Made by a program: the position numbers and the translations under genes
Part shown: positions 44,252-51,788 of the stretch, in pieces
Numbering within the stretch: position 1 is the first letter of the stretch
How the letters are laid out: every line of letters begins with the position of its first letter
Virus record (IMG/VR): IMGVR_UViG_3300044840_000008
Coordinates: 1-51,788 of that record
Strand: one strand, 5' to 3'
Origin: a virus
Taxonomy: Duplodnaviria; Caudoviricetes
Length of the DNA stretch: 51,788 nucleotides
Notes under the pieces: model-generated
Databases searched by the model: none
Told to the model about the DNA's origin: nothing
The model's input: the letters and a program-made list of their open reading frames with translations, nothing else

Positions 44252-45052
44252 ATGGCTAATGCGGCGGGGTTCATCCAGGAGTCCATCTGGCGAGACGCGC
44301 ACTGGCGCCAGCTGTCTCGGTCGGCGCAGGCGTTGTACATGCAGCTGCTGAGTCAGAAGGAATTGGATTGCGCCGGCATCCTTCCCCTGCAGCCGAACAA
44401 GTGGGCCAAGGGCTGCGACTCGCTCACCGTCGAGCAGGTGTGGGAAGACCTTGAGGAACTGCAGCGGGAGCGGTTCGTCTACTACGACAATGACACCGAC
44501 GAAGCCTTCATCCGGACTTACATCCGCAACTCGAACGTGGCGAAGTCGCCGAACATGCGCAAGGCAGCACGACGTGCCGCGGTGCTGGTGGGTTCGGATG
44601 TTCTCAAGCCGCTACTGGCCGTCGAACTACGTGCCACAGGCGATCCGGAATGCGTGTTGGTTGCAGCCCAAATAAACCCTTCGGGAACCCCTCCCGAACC
44701 CTTCCCGAACGGTTCCAATCGAACCGTTTCGGAACCCTTTGGGGAACCCCCGGGTGTGGGTGAGGGTGTGGGGACGGGTGTCACCTTGGTCAGTAGTTCA
44801 GTTGGCGAGGATGAGCCCTCCCCGTTTTGCTCAAGGCATCCAAACGACACGGAGAAGGACTGCTTTGCGTGCGGGCAAGCCCGCCGCTCATTCCCAGAAC
44901 GCAAAGCAGCTTGGGACAAGGCCGTTCGTGATGCCGATGCCAACGCACGCCAGGCCGCTATTAAGGCGTGCCTGCTCTGCGATGAGTTCGGGGAGATCAC
45001 GTTCGACGACTCCGTTCGGAAGTGCAATCACGAGGAGGCAGTCAATGGCTGA
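44252..45052 (+). CDS. RepA-like replication initiator
   Basis: IWRDAHWRQLS..AQALY N-terminal winged helix; internal iteron-like repeats; C-terminal CSRHP..CFAC..CLLCD..CNH. Confidence 0.75.
   Translation: MANAAGFIQESIWRDAHWRQLSRSAQALYMQLLSQKELDCAGILPLQPNKWAKGCDSLTVEQVWEDLEELQRERFVYYDNDTDEAFIRTYIRNSNVAKSPNMRKAARRAAVLVGSDVLKPLLAVELRATGDPECVLVAAQINPSGTPPEPFPNGSNRTVSEPFGEPPGVGEGVGTGVTLVSSSVGEDEPSPFCSRHPNDTEKDCFACGQARRSFPERKAAWDKAVRDADANARQAAIKACLLCDEFGEITFDDSVRKCNHEEAVNG
44674..44778. repeat. Iteron-like repeats within the initiator gene (putative origin)
   Basis: RAAC[C/G] units start at 44674, 44685, 44696, 44707, 44721, 44732, 44744; followed by GGG runs. Confidence 0.6.
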
Positions 45053-45206
45053 TCAGTGCAAGGCCACCCCGCTGGGTGGTGGCCAATGCGAACTCGACAA
45101 GGGTCACGACGGGAAGCATCTGCTGCATTTCCCCGCCGGCGGTGTCTTCTCTTGGACGCATGAGTCTCAGGTGGCGCTCATCAATGCCTATGAGCGTGGC
45201 TACTGA
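45045..45206 (+). CDS. Small Cys/His protein
   Basis: GGAGG RBS; C...CELDKGHDGKH. Confidence 0.55.
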   Translation: MADQCKATPLGGGQCELDKGHDGKHLLHFPAGGVFSWTHESQVALINAYERGY

Positions 45207-45586
45207 TGAGCCCGCAGAGGATTCAACGGCGTCGAACCAAGGGCTGGCGAATGCCCCCGGGAGCCGCGTACGTCGGTCGCGGCTCGAAGTGGGGCAACCC
45301 GTTCCGCGTCGGCAACAACGAAGAGTTCGGTGAGGTTCCCACCCGCGAGGAGGCGGTGAGCCTGTTCGAGCGTTGGTGGACGACCCCGGCCAAGTTCGTC
45401 ATCCCGTGGCCGCCACCACTCGATGAGTTGCTTGAGCTTCGCGGCAAGGACTTGGCGTGCTGGTGCCGCATTGACCTCCCGTGCCACGCCGACGTGCTGC
45501 TGAAGCTGGCCGAACGGTACGCCCAGTTCCGTGATGAGAATCCGCAGTGCTTCGCCGCTGTCCCGGCTGTTGGTGAGCAGCCATGA
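45206..45586 (+). CDS. DUF4326-family protein
   Basis: PQRIQRRRTKGWRMP, YVGRGSKWGNPF, LRGKDLACWC, CHADVL. Confidence 0.85.
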   Translation: MSPQRIQRRRTKGWRMPPGAAYVGRGSKWGNPFRVGNNEEFGEVPTREEAVSLFERWWTTPAKFVIPWPPPLDELLELRGKDLACWCRIDLPCHADVLLKLAERYAQFRDENPQCFAAVPAVGEQP

Positions 45587-45960
45587 GCGGCACTTGCGGC
45601 AAGTGTGGCCACGATGAACACATCGGGCTCTGCGGATGGCAGAAGACCGAGACGATTCGCGATGACGTCGGCTACGGAGGCATTCCACCCACGGGCATCA
45701 CGCGGACGATGCTCGTCGACTCCTGCAGCTGCCTCCATGGCATCGAGGTTGGGCAGTGGGTGACGTGGGAGGCGTCGAACGGCTGGAAGGTGCGCGGCCA
45801 GGTCACTGAGGTTCGGGAGGACGGCTACACGGTCGAGCATTTCCCCGACTCTCTTCCTTGGCTGCCTTTGGAGCCGCTAGGAACCCCTGAGACGCCGTTG
45901 GGGCCGTTGGGGGTTGTGGGTAGTGCGGCCAGCCCCCCGGAGAGCGGAGAAGCGAAATGA
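45583..45960 (+). CDS. Hypothetical protein
   Basis: Coupled ORF; CGKCGH. Confidence 0.6.
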   Translation: MSGTCGKCGHDEHIGLCGWQKTETIRDDVGYGGIPPTGITRTMLVDSCSCLHGIEVGQWVTWEASNGWKVRGQVTEVREDGYTVEHFPDSLPWLPLEPLGTPETPLGPLGVVGSAASPPESGEAK

Positions 45961-46169
45961 GCCCCGATGTGGTCTCAAGAGCAAAAGCAGCATTGGAAGG
46001 CGTGATCGAAGGACCGTGGGAGATGCGAGACGGCTTCGTCTACCCGCTCAGCATCAGCGCGCGCCTTGGTGGAATACGTCCCAGAGACGCCGAGTTCATC
46101 GCGGCGGCGAGGTCGCTGATTCCGGAGTTGATCGCCGAGGTTGAGAAGCTGCGGGAGGCTGCGGAATGA
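45957..46169 (+). CDS. Hypothetical protein (Ead/Ea22-like C-terminal motif)
   Basis: GPW...DAEFIAAARSLIPELIAEVEKLR. Confidence 0.7.
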   Translation: MSPDVVSRAKAALEGVIEGPWEMRDGFVYPLSISARLGGIRPRDAEFIAAARSLIPELIAEVEKLREAAE

Positions 46170-46729
46170 CGCGCGGTAAGCGGAATGACGCGCCATGCGA
46201 GGTAGACGGCTGCACGAAGCGTTCCTGGGGGCACGGTCTGTGTCAGGCGCACTACACGCGGATGCGCCGGCGTGGAACGACGGAACTGCCAGAAGCAACC
46301 GAGTCAGAGCGGTTCTGGAGCCAAGTGGCGAAATTGGATGGCTGCTGGTCTTGGACAGGTTCGCTCACCGGCAAGGGCTATGGGTCGTTCTCTGCGACGG
46401 GCCGTCGCACCGTTTCCGCCCACCAGTTCTCGTATCTCGATGTGGTTGGCGAGATCCCCGAAGGCACCGAACTTGACCATCTGTGCCGCAACCGTGCCTG
46501 TGTCAATCCCGACCATCTAGAGCCTGTCACGCACCGCGAGAACGTTCTCCGCGGCACTGCCCCGACGGCGGAGAACGCTCGCAAGACGCACTGCAAGAAC
46601 AGGCATGAATTCACGCCCGAGAACACCAATCTGAAGAATGAAGGGAAGCGCCGTGAGTGCAGAACCTGCAAGGCAGAGGACAACCGGCAGCGGTACCTCG
46701 CGCGAACTGGCCGAGTGGACTGTCCCTGA
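46166..46729 (+). CDS. HNH endonuclease
   Basis: RFWSQV, CWSWTG, GYG, LDHLCRNRACVNPDHLEPVT, HCKNRH...CRTC. Confidence 0.92.
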   Translation: MTRGKRNDAPCEVDGCTKRSWGHGLCQAHYTRMRRRGTTELPEATESERFWSQVAKLDGCWSWTGSLTGKGYGSFSATGRRTVSAHQFSYLDVVGEIPEGTELDHLCRNRACVNPDHLEPVTHRENVLRGTAPTAENARKTHCKNRHEFTPENTNLKNEGKRRECRTCKAEDNRQRYLARTGRVDCP

Positions 46730-46786
46730 GCTCTTGGCGGAGGTCGAGCGGCTGCGGGCGCTGGTCAACGAGATGGCGGCTCAGCG

Positions 46787-46930
46787 ATGAGCGCCGAGTA
46801 CAAGACCTGCTACCGCTGCGGTCGCTTCGGTAGTCGCGGGTTCGTCAAGCATTGGCATTCCGGTAGGGACCAGTGCGCCAGCTTGAACGCTTGCGAGGAG
46901 CGGCAATACCAGAAGTGGATGGGTCGATGA
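46787..46930 (+). CDS. 47-aa Cys-rich microprotein
   Basis: ATGA overlaps; CYRCG...C....C. Confidence 0.5.
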   Translation: MSAEYKTCYRCGRFGSRGFVKHWHSGRDQCASLNACEERQYQKWMGR

Positions 46931-47226
46931 GCGCCGGGGTGAGCGCCACCATCGTTGCCCGGGTTATCGACGCCCACACCCCAACAGGTTCCGAACCCAA
47001 CATCACCTGCTGGTGCGGCGAGCGGTTCGAGTCGTGGGCTGAACACGCAATGCACGTCGCACCCCTCATCCTGGCGTCTTTGGACCTCACCGAGGAGACG
47101 CGGGAACTAGCTGACGGCATGGGCGGCATGACCGTATCCGGCTTGGGGAAGGTCACCACGTACTCGCGGCCTTGCACCCGCCAGCGCCGTTGGGTGTCTT
47201 CGTGGACCTCGGGGAGCGCGGAGTGA
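46927..47226 (+). CDS. Hypothetical protein (H...CWCG...HxxH)
   Basis: Coupled ORF. Confidence 0.6.
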   Translation: MSAGVSATIVARVIDAHTPTGSEPNITCWCGERFESWAEHAMHVAPLILASLDLTEETRELADGMGGMTVSGLGKVTTYSRPCTRQRRWVSSWTSGSAE

Positions 47227-47420
47227 TGAGCGGGTGGGTGACTGAGCGCAGCGTCGACAACCGCAACGAGGTGCACGTCATGCCGCGCCAAGACCTCATC
47301 AGGCACACCACCGCTGGTTGTGCTTGCGGCACGACCACGGAACCCGTCGAACGTGAAGACGGCAGCTACGGCTGGCTCATCACCCACCACAGCCTCGACG
47401 GAAGAGAGCAGACCGAATGA
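47226..47420 (+). CDS. Small His/Cys protein
   Basis: HVMP..D...H....CACG...HHSLDGRE. Confidence 0.6.
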   Translation: MSGWVTERSVDNRNEVHVMPRQDLIRHTTAGCACGTTTEPVEREDGSYGWLITHHSLDGREQTE

Positions 47421-47719
47421 GCGCCATCTACCAAGTCCCCGCCGAGGTGGTCATGGCCATCGTGAAGGACGGCGACGAAATCGGCTGGGACGAAGAACTC
47501 CAATGGCTGTGGACTGAACACCGCACCGAACTGCTGGAACTGATGGATTCGGTGCTGGCCGACGGTTTCCGTGAACCTATCTTCGTCGGCAACGACGGAC
47601 GCTTATGGGACGGCCACCACCGCCTCGCCGTGGCTTTGGCGTTACGTGTTCCGCTGCCAACGGAATTCGCTCCTGAACCGCCGGTTCCCTCTACCAGCAG
47701 GGAGCAGCCAAGTGAGTGA
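47417..47719 (+). CDS. Stand-alone ParB/Srx-like domain protein
   Basis: GFREPIFV...LWDGHHRLAVA. Confidence 0.8.
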   Translation: MSAIYQVPAEVVMAIVKDGDEIGWDEELQWLWTEHRTELLELMDSVLADGFREPIFVGNDGRLWDGHHRLAVALALRVPLPTEFAPEPPVPSTSREQPSE

Positions 47720-47951
47720 GCCAACCGAAGTCATCGCGTCGGCGATGCCGAAGTGGTCCAACCGAATGTGGCTGGCACGAAAGGCGGTCGCTGCACTGAA
47801 AGCAGCGGGATACCGGCTAGAGGAGCGAACGATGGTCGACCGCGATCTTGCGGTCCGTCAAATCTTGCGTGCCTACATCGACGAACGGTTGGTACGCAAG
47901 GCGTTCAACGAACTCTTGAGCGTGCTTGGGCTACGCGGGGAGGACGAGTAA
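47712..47951 (+). CDS. Hypothetical protein
   Basis: GGGAG RBS; coupled. Confidence 0.55.
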   Translation: MSEPTEVIASAMPKWSNRMWLARKAVAALKAAGYRLEERTMVDRDLAVRQILRAYIDERLVRKAFNELLSVLGLRGEDE

Positions 47952-48217
47952 TGAGGGATTGGCCCCAGTGGTACTGCCAGGTCTGCGGAGAAGCGGACGG
48001 CGCGAATGCTGAACACTGCGGAGACTGCGCAGACTACATCGCGGACACGTTACCCAGACCATCCGAAGATGAGTTCCACTCCCAGCTACGCGCCGAAGGC
48101 ATCGAAGTCACCGCCACGGAACACACGCCAACATGGGCTGAAATGCTGCGCGCCCTGGGATTCAACACGGTCGAAGAGGCCGAGGAGTACGCGCGGCATC
48201 TCAAGGAGAAGCCGTGA
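47951..48217 (+). CDS. CxxC...CxxC hypothetical protein, paralogue of 30717-31016
   Basis: GGAGGA RBS; TAATG coupling; 66/84 identity to the minus-strand copy. Confidence 0.8.
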   Translation: MRDWPQWYCQVCGEADGANAEHCGDCADYIADTLPRPSEDEFHSQLRAEGIEVTATEHTPTWAEMLRALGFNTVEEAEEYARHLKEKP

Positions 48218-48510
48218 CCGCACCTGATGAGTGCGCTGGATTCGACGCCTACATGGCATCGCATGAGGCCACCGAGGCGGCGTTCCGAGTCAAGCGGAAC
48301 GGCACTCAGCACGCCTACGACGTGTGGTGGGCGGCACTGGAAACCGAAGCAGCGTTATGGGCTGCTCTGCCGAATACCGGCAGGAAGGCGATGAACGGGT
48401 GCGGCTGCTGGTGTTTCGAGTGCACGAACCGGAACGCGGGCTGGCACTGCCACGGCCCATTGTGCGAGGACGGCAAGAGCGAAACGGAGCAGGCCGATGA
48501 GCCGATGTGA
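48214..48510 (+). CDS. Hypothetical protein with Cys-rich C-terminus
   Basis: AGGAG RBS; CGCWCFEC. Confidence 0.6.
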   Translation: MTAPDECAGFDAYMASHEATEAAFRVKRNGTQHAYDVWWAALETEAALWAALPNTGRKAMNGCGCWCFECTNRNAGWHCHGPLCEDGKSETEQADEPM

Positions 48511-48622
48511 AGCCGAGATGTGCCCGATGTGGGACGGCGACGGATGCCCATGCGACACCTTCGGATTGGACCCCGACGACCTTCCCACCGGCGGTATCCT
48601 CTCCATCGAGGAGAAGCCGTGA
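48497..48622 (+). CDS. 41-aa microprotein
   Basis: GGAG RBS; MSRCEAEMCPMWDGDGCPC...EEKP. Confidence 0.5.
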   Translation: MSRCEAEMCPMWDGDGCPCDTFGLDPDDLPTGGILSIEEKP

Positions 48623-48816
48623 CCGGACCGGAAGAGGTTGCCGCCGTAGCCCTCTCGATAGTTGACCGGTTGCGGGTAGCTGAGTTGTCGTGTCGTGACC
48701 GGTATGTGAACCCGCATAGGGAATCCGCTTCGTTGCCGGTGGTGCGTGAGCTCGCGGAAACCCTTGCCGCGCTGGCCGTGCTGGTCGCGGAACTCACGGC
48801 TGAGGAGACAGCGTGA
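48619..48816 (+). CDS. Hypothetical protein
   Basis: AGGAG RBS; GTGA overlaps. Confidence 0.55.
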   Translation: MTGPEEVAAVALSIVDRLRVAELSCRDRYVNPHRESASLPVVRELAETLAALAVLVAELTAEETA

Positions 48817-49580
48817 GCACGTACACGGTGGACGAGTTGTTCGCGATGAAGGCTGAGAAGTGGGCCGAGAAGTGGGCACCCCTCAACACGTACGTCACTT
48901 CGACGGCTCAGGCTGACGGTGCTGCGTGGCAGCCCATCGGGTACATCTCCGAGGAAGGGATCGCCACAACCCCTGAGCCGGTCGTTGAGGCACTGAAGTG
49001 TGGTCACTGCGGCCGGGATTGGCACACCGCTCCTTTGACGAAGCGGGTTGCGGACATGGTGCGCAACCACCGGTTCGACCCAACGTATAAAGCGGCTGAG
49101 GATGAGTCGCCGATCGAGTGTGTCGGCTCCGACACCTACGGACCCAACCGCCCGCACATGGCTTCTGGTGGGGGCACCGGAACTTATCTCACCGGGAAAG
49201 TCGTCTGGTTAGACGAACTCATCACGGCAACCATCAACTACACGACCGAAGCGTTAGGCATCATCCCGGACCTGCAGTGGCCGAAATGGGAGTCCTCTTG
49301 GACGCTCCCACCGGCACCGTGGATCACGTTCTATGACGAGGCATACCAACCGCTAACCCCGCCGTGCCCACCTGACCTTGAGCTAGATGTCAAGTTTGGT
49401 CCCGAGCATTGGCCCGTGGAACACGTCGCATTGTTCCCGCCCCACCTGGAGCTCGTAGCGAAGGTTCACCCCAACGAGTGGCGTGAACCCATCCCCCTCC
49501 CGGCATCTCCCGGGCTTGACGTCTCCACATTGGTGGAGCAGTTCAACAAGAAACACAACTGGAATGGAGTCAACAAGTGA
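48813..49580 (+). CDS. Hypothetical protein
   Basis: 255-aa ORF; CGHCGRDWH. Confidence 0.7.
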   Translation: MSTYTVDELFAMKAEKWAEKWAPLNTYVTSTAQADGAAWQPIGYISEEGIATTPEPVVEALKCGHCGRDWHTAPLTKRVADMVRNHRFDPTYKAAEDESPIECVGSDTYGPNRPHMASGGGTGTYLTGKVVWLDELITATINYTTEALGIIPDLQWPKWESSWTLPPAPWITFYDEAYQPLTPPCPPDLELDVKFGPEHWPVEHVALFPPHLELVAKVHPNEWREPIPLPASPGLDVSTLVEQFNKKHNWNGVNK

Positions 49581-49876
49581 AGGTTTCAGAGTTTCTGGCG
49601 CAGGCACGGGACGAGTTGTTCAAGGGCTGGACGAAAGGCTCCTACCAAAACGAGGACGGCCAATGCTGTGCCATCGGCGCCATCGAGCGGGTCGCCATGA
49701 ACACCATGGCCATCGAGGAGGCAGGGAAGGCGCAGGAAGCGATCAACGCCAAAGCCCGCGAAGTCCACGGAGTTAGTCAGGTGCAGCACATCAACGACAG
49801 CATGGGGACGTCGAAGCAGGACATGCTCGACCTGTTCGACAAGACCGTGATCGGGCTTGAGGAACGCGGCGAGTGA
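49577..49876 (+). CDS. Hypothetical protein (DUF6197-like)
   Basis: GWTKGSY...CCAIGAI...IND motif. Confidence 0.65.
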   Translation: MKVSEFLAQARDELFKGWTKGSYQNEDGQCCAIGAIERVAMNTMAIEEAGKAQEAINAKAREVHGVSQVQHINDSMGTSKQDMLDLFDKTVIGLEERGE

Positions 49877-50301
49877 GAACCCCATGGGAGGCACCACTGA
49901 CAGTCCCTGATCCGTTGGCTTGGGAGTTGGACGGGGTCTGTCGGCAGGTCGACGTGGGGGACGTGTTCTATCCCGAGGCCGGCGGTTCGACGCGCAGCGC
50001 GAAGTTGATCTGCAGGGACTGCCCCGTCACCACGGAATGCCTTGAGCATGCGCTGGCCAACGATGAAAGGCATGGGGTGTGGGGCGGATTTTCCGAGCGG
50101 GAGCGGTACCGCATCTCTCGGGGCGAGGATGTGCCGTTCCGTATCCCGGGTGAGTCGAAGACGAGGCAGGCGTTCAACGAATGTCAGGAGTGCGGCGGGT
50201 CGTGTGAGGGTCGGGCGAAGTTCTGCACGGATGACTGCCGTACCGCTGCGATAACTCGACGTCGCCGGAATCGGTACCTGACCCTGAAGGACCCGGCATG
50301 A
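49873..50301 (+). CDS. whiB: WhiB-family transcription factor with C-terminal zinc finger
   Basis: CRQVD...FYPE, AKLICRDCPVTTEC, HGVWGG.SERER; CQECG...FCTDDC. Confidence 0.92.
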   Translation: MRTPWEAPLTVPDPLAWELDGVCRQVDVGDVFYPEAGGSTRSAKLICRDCPVTTECLEHALANDERHGVWGGFSERERYRISRGEDVPFRIPGESKTRQAFNECQECGGSCEGRAKFCTDDCRTAAITRRRRNRYLTLKDPA

Positions 50302-50471
50302 GCGACCAGGAACGCGCACGGGAACTGTTTGAGCGCCGCTACTACGCCAGCCCCGACTCAGGCATCATCAGCGACGCCATCAACCACGCGGCCATCGAAC
50401 TGCTCAAGTCAGACCCCGATGAGTACTTCCGACTCAGCCGAATCTGGCGCCGGATGCAGGACACCGCATGA
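50298..50471 (+). CDS. 57-aa hypothetical protein
   Basis: AAGGA RBS; ATGA overlaps. Confidence 0.55.
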   Translation: MSDQERARELFERRYYASPDSGIISDAINHAAIELLKSDPDEYFRLSRIWRRMQDTA

Positions 50472-50674
50472 ACCACGACGGCGTGTTCGATGATCTGGGT
50501 GGTGGTGTTCCACAGGACGATTCGACCGATGCTTGGGACGTCGGAGGTGCCATCTACGAGGCGTGCGAAGCGTGTGGGGCAGCGCGTGGCTCCAGGTGCA
50601 CGGTGCAGACGGCTTCGGGACGTAGGGAACGCGGGATGCCTTGCCTTGGACGCCTGAAGGGCCAGACAGCATGA
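50468..50674 (+). CDS. Small zinc-finger-like protein
   Basis: CEACGA..G..C...PC..R. Confidence 0.6.
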   Translation: MNHDGVFDDLGGGVPQDDSTDAWDVGGAIYEACEACGAARGSRCTVQTASGRRERGMPCLGRLKGQTA

Positions 50675-50889
50675 GCGACGACGGACTAATCCAACACCTC
50701 TACGGCCTCACTGAAGCTGAAGTACGCGCGGAGATCGTCAAGCGTGCAGGCGAAGCGATCTTGCGCCGCTACCCAGACATCCAGGACTGCGTCATCGACA
50801 CCGTGGTGGAGGAAGTGCTCAACGCGACCGTTGAGGCTGAGGCAGACGACGTGATGTGGGCGTACATGACGTTGATCGGCTGGTGGTGA
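50671..50889 (+). CDS. Hypothetical protein
   Basis: ATGA coupling. Confidence 0.55.
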   Translation: MSDDGLIQHLYGLTEAEVRAEIVKRAGEAILRRYPDIQDCVIDTVVEEVLNATVEAEADDVMWAYMTLIGWW

Positions 50890-51098
50890 TGACTCCCTGC
50901 GTGTGCGGTTGCCCAGCTGCCCTTCACATGAATTACGAGGACTGCTGCATCAACTGGCACACGGACGGCTGTCAATCCTTTGTTGCGGACTGCGAGCCTG
51001 ATGATCAGAAGTACCCGACACCCGCCCCGTTCAGTAATCACTACCCGGCAGACGGCCGATACAAGACACCGAAGAACGGATGGCCGCTCCATGACTAG
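50886..51098 (+). CDS. Cys-rich hypothetical protein
   Basis: CVCG....H....CC......C..F. Confidence 0.5.
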   Translation: MMTPCVCGCPAALHMNYEDCCINWHTDGCQSFVADCEPDDQKYPTPAPFSNHYPADGRYKTPKNGWPLHD

Positions 51099-51726
51099 TC
51101 CCAAGCCCATCGACGAAGACGGAGCTCTCCGCCCTGCTCTCCAAGCGTTGGAAGACGCAGTACACGCCCTGTGTGGGACGAAGTACGAGTATCTGGACTC
51201 GAAGCTCATCTCCACCCCATCGCTGTACCTGCAGTTGATGGATGCGGTGACTGGTGAGCAGGTCAATGCTGGTGGTGGGGGATTGTCGAAGTCCCGCCCA
51301 CCACTGTGGCTGGACGCCTTCGATTTGCTTCATGAGATCGACGTCGCACTGGAGATTTGGCAGCCCGCCTACACAGGTGTCCCCGCCTCAGTCGGCCGGA
51401 TGCACTGGCTCTTACAGCGGAAGTGGCGCCCCCAGGACGTGAGAAGCATCGAACAGTTGGCCAACAACCTCCGCGGATGGGCTGTGAAGATCAACAACCG
51501 ACTCAACCCCCAACCACGCAAAACACTCCCAGCACCGTGCCCTGCATGTGGTGTGGAAACCGTCTATCGGAAGGACGAATGCGGCGAACCCATCCGACAA
51601 CCCGCCCTCCAAATCAGCGCGTTGGGCTGCCAGTGCATGTCCTGCAGATACATGTGGGAACCATCCCGCTTCTACATCCTGGCTGGCGCTTTGGGCTACC
51701 CGATGCCCGAAGGCGTCCTCGAATGA
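51091..51726 (+). CDS. Actinophage-type protein with C-terminal zinc ribbon (possible late regulator)
   Basis: PSLYLQL, SRPPLWLDA, PCPACG...CMSC...W motifs; last gene of the early operon, followed by TTGACA at 51776. Confidence 0.7.
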   Translation: MTSPKPIDEDGALRPALQALEDAVHALCGTKYEYLDSKLISTPSLYLQLMDAVTGEQVNAGGGGLSKSRPPLWLDAFDLLHEIDVALEIWQPAYTGVPASVGRMHWLLQRKWRPQDVRSIEQLANNLRGWAVKINNRLNPQPRKTLPAPCPACGVETVYRKDECGEPIRQPALQISALGCQCMSCRYMWEPSRFYILAGALGYPMPEGVLE

Positions 51727-51788
51727 ACCCGACGACACGCGGCATTATCGGCTCACGGTCACAGAATAAACGGTATTGACAATCAACG

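Noticed and set aside
46166-46729. Group I intron carrying the HNH
   Set aside because: The HNH ORF fills the whole interval, leaving no evident room for a ribozyme core
1-51788. Closed circular genome joining base 51788 to base 1
   Set aside because: The ORF open at base 2 gains no start codon when the ends are joined (an in-frame TGA is reached first) and no terminal overlap is visible, so some sequence is probably missing
1-51788. Integrated prophage with host flanks
   Set aside because: The core has arm-type repeats on both sides with phage genes either side, and no host housekeeping genes are present

Overview
This window is a near-complete genome of a temperate, GC-rich siphovirus of actinobacteria, most likely a mycobacteriophage. 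It is in the non-integrated (attP) configuration and does not appear to close into a circle. Gene order from left: small late genes, HNH and a putative packaging-site region; terminase, portal, HK97-type protease, capsid, neck and tail genes; a lysis region; a leftward block of microproteins; attP (3' half of tRNA-Lys(UUU)) with a tyrosine integrase; a repressor/Cro switch with five operator-like palindromes; then early and replication genes (Rha/ANT antirepressor, excisionase-like HTH, DnaQ, two WhiB, AAA ATPase, C5 methyltransferase, RepA-like initiator with iterons, three more HNH endonucleases). The most unusual element is an intact kumamolisin/sedolisin (S53) protease with no signal peptide or pro-domain, placed at the head of an enlarged lysis cassette (Gp1-like chaperone, lysin A, holin, lysin B, four extra membrane proteins). 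Other notable signals are a probable ATT start codon on the tape measure gene, a +1/-2 tail chaperone frameshift, an identical 11-mer at both the putative packaging region and attP, an inverted pair of 79%-identical paralogues, and repeated gene-boundary sequences. All product calls come from motif recognition, recalled family sequences and gene order; no database search was run.
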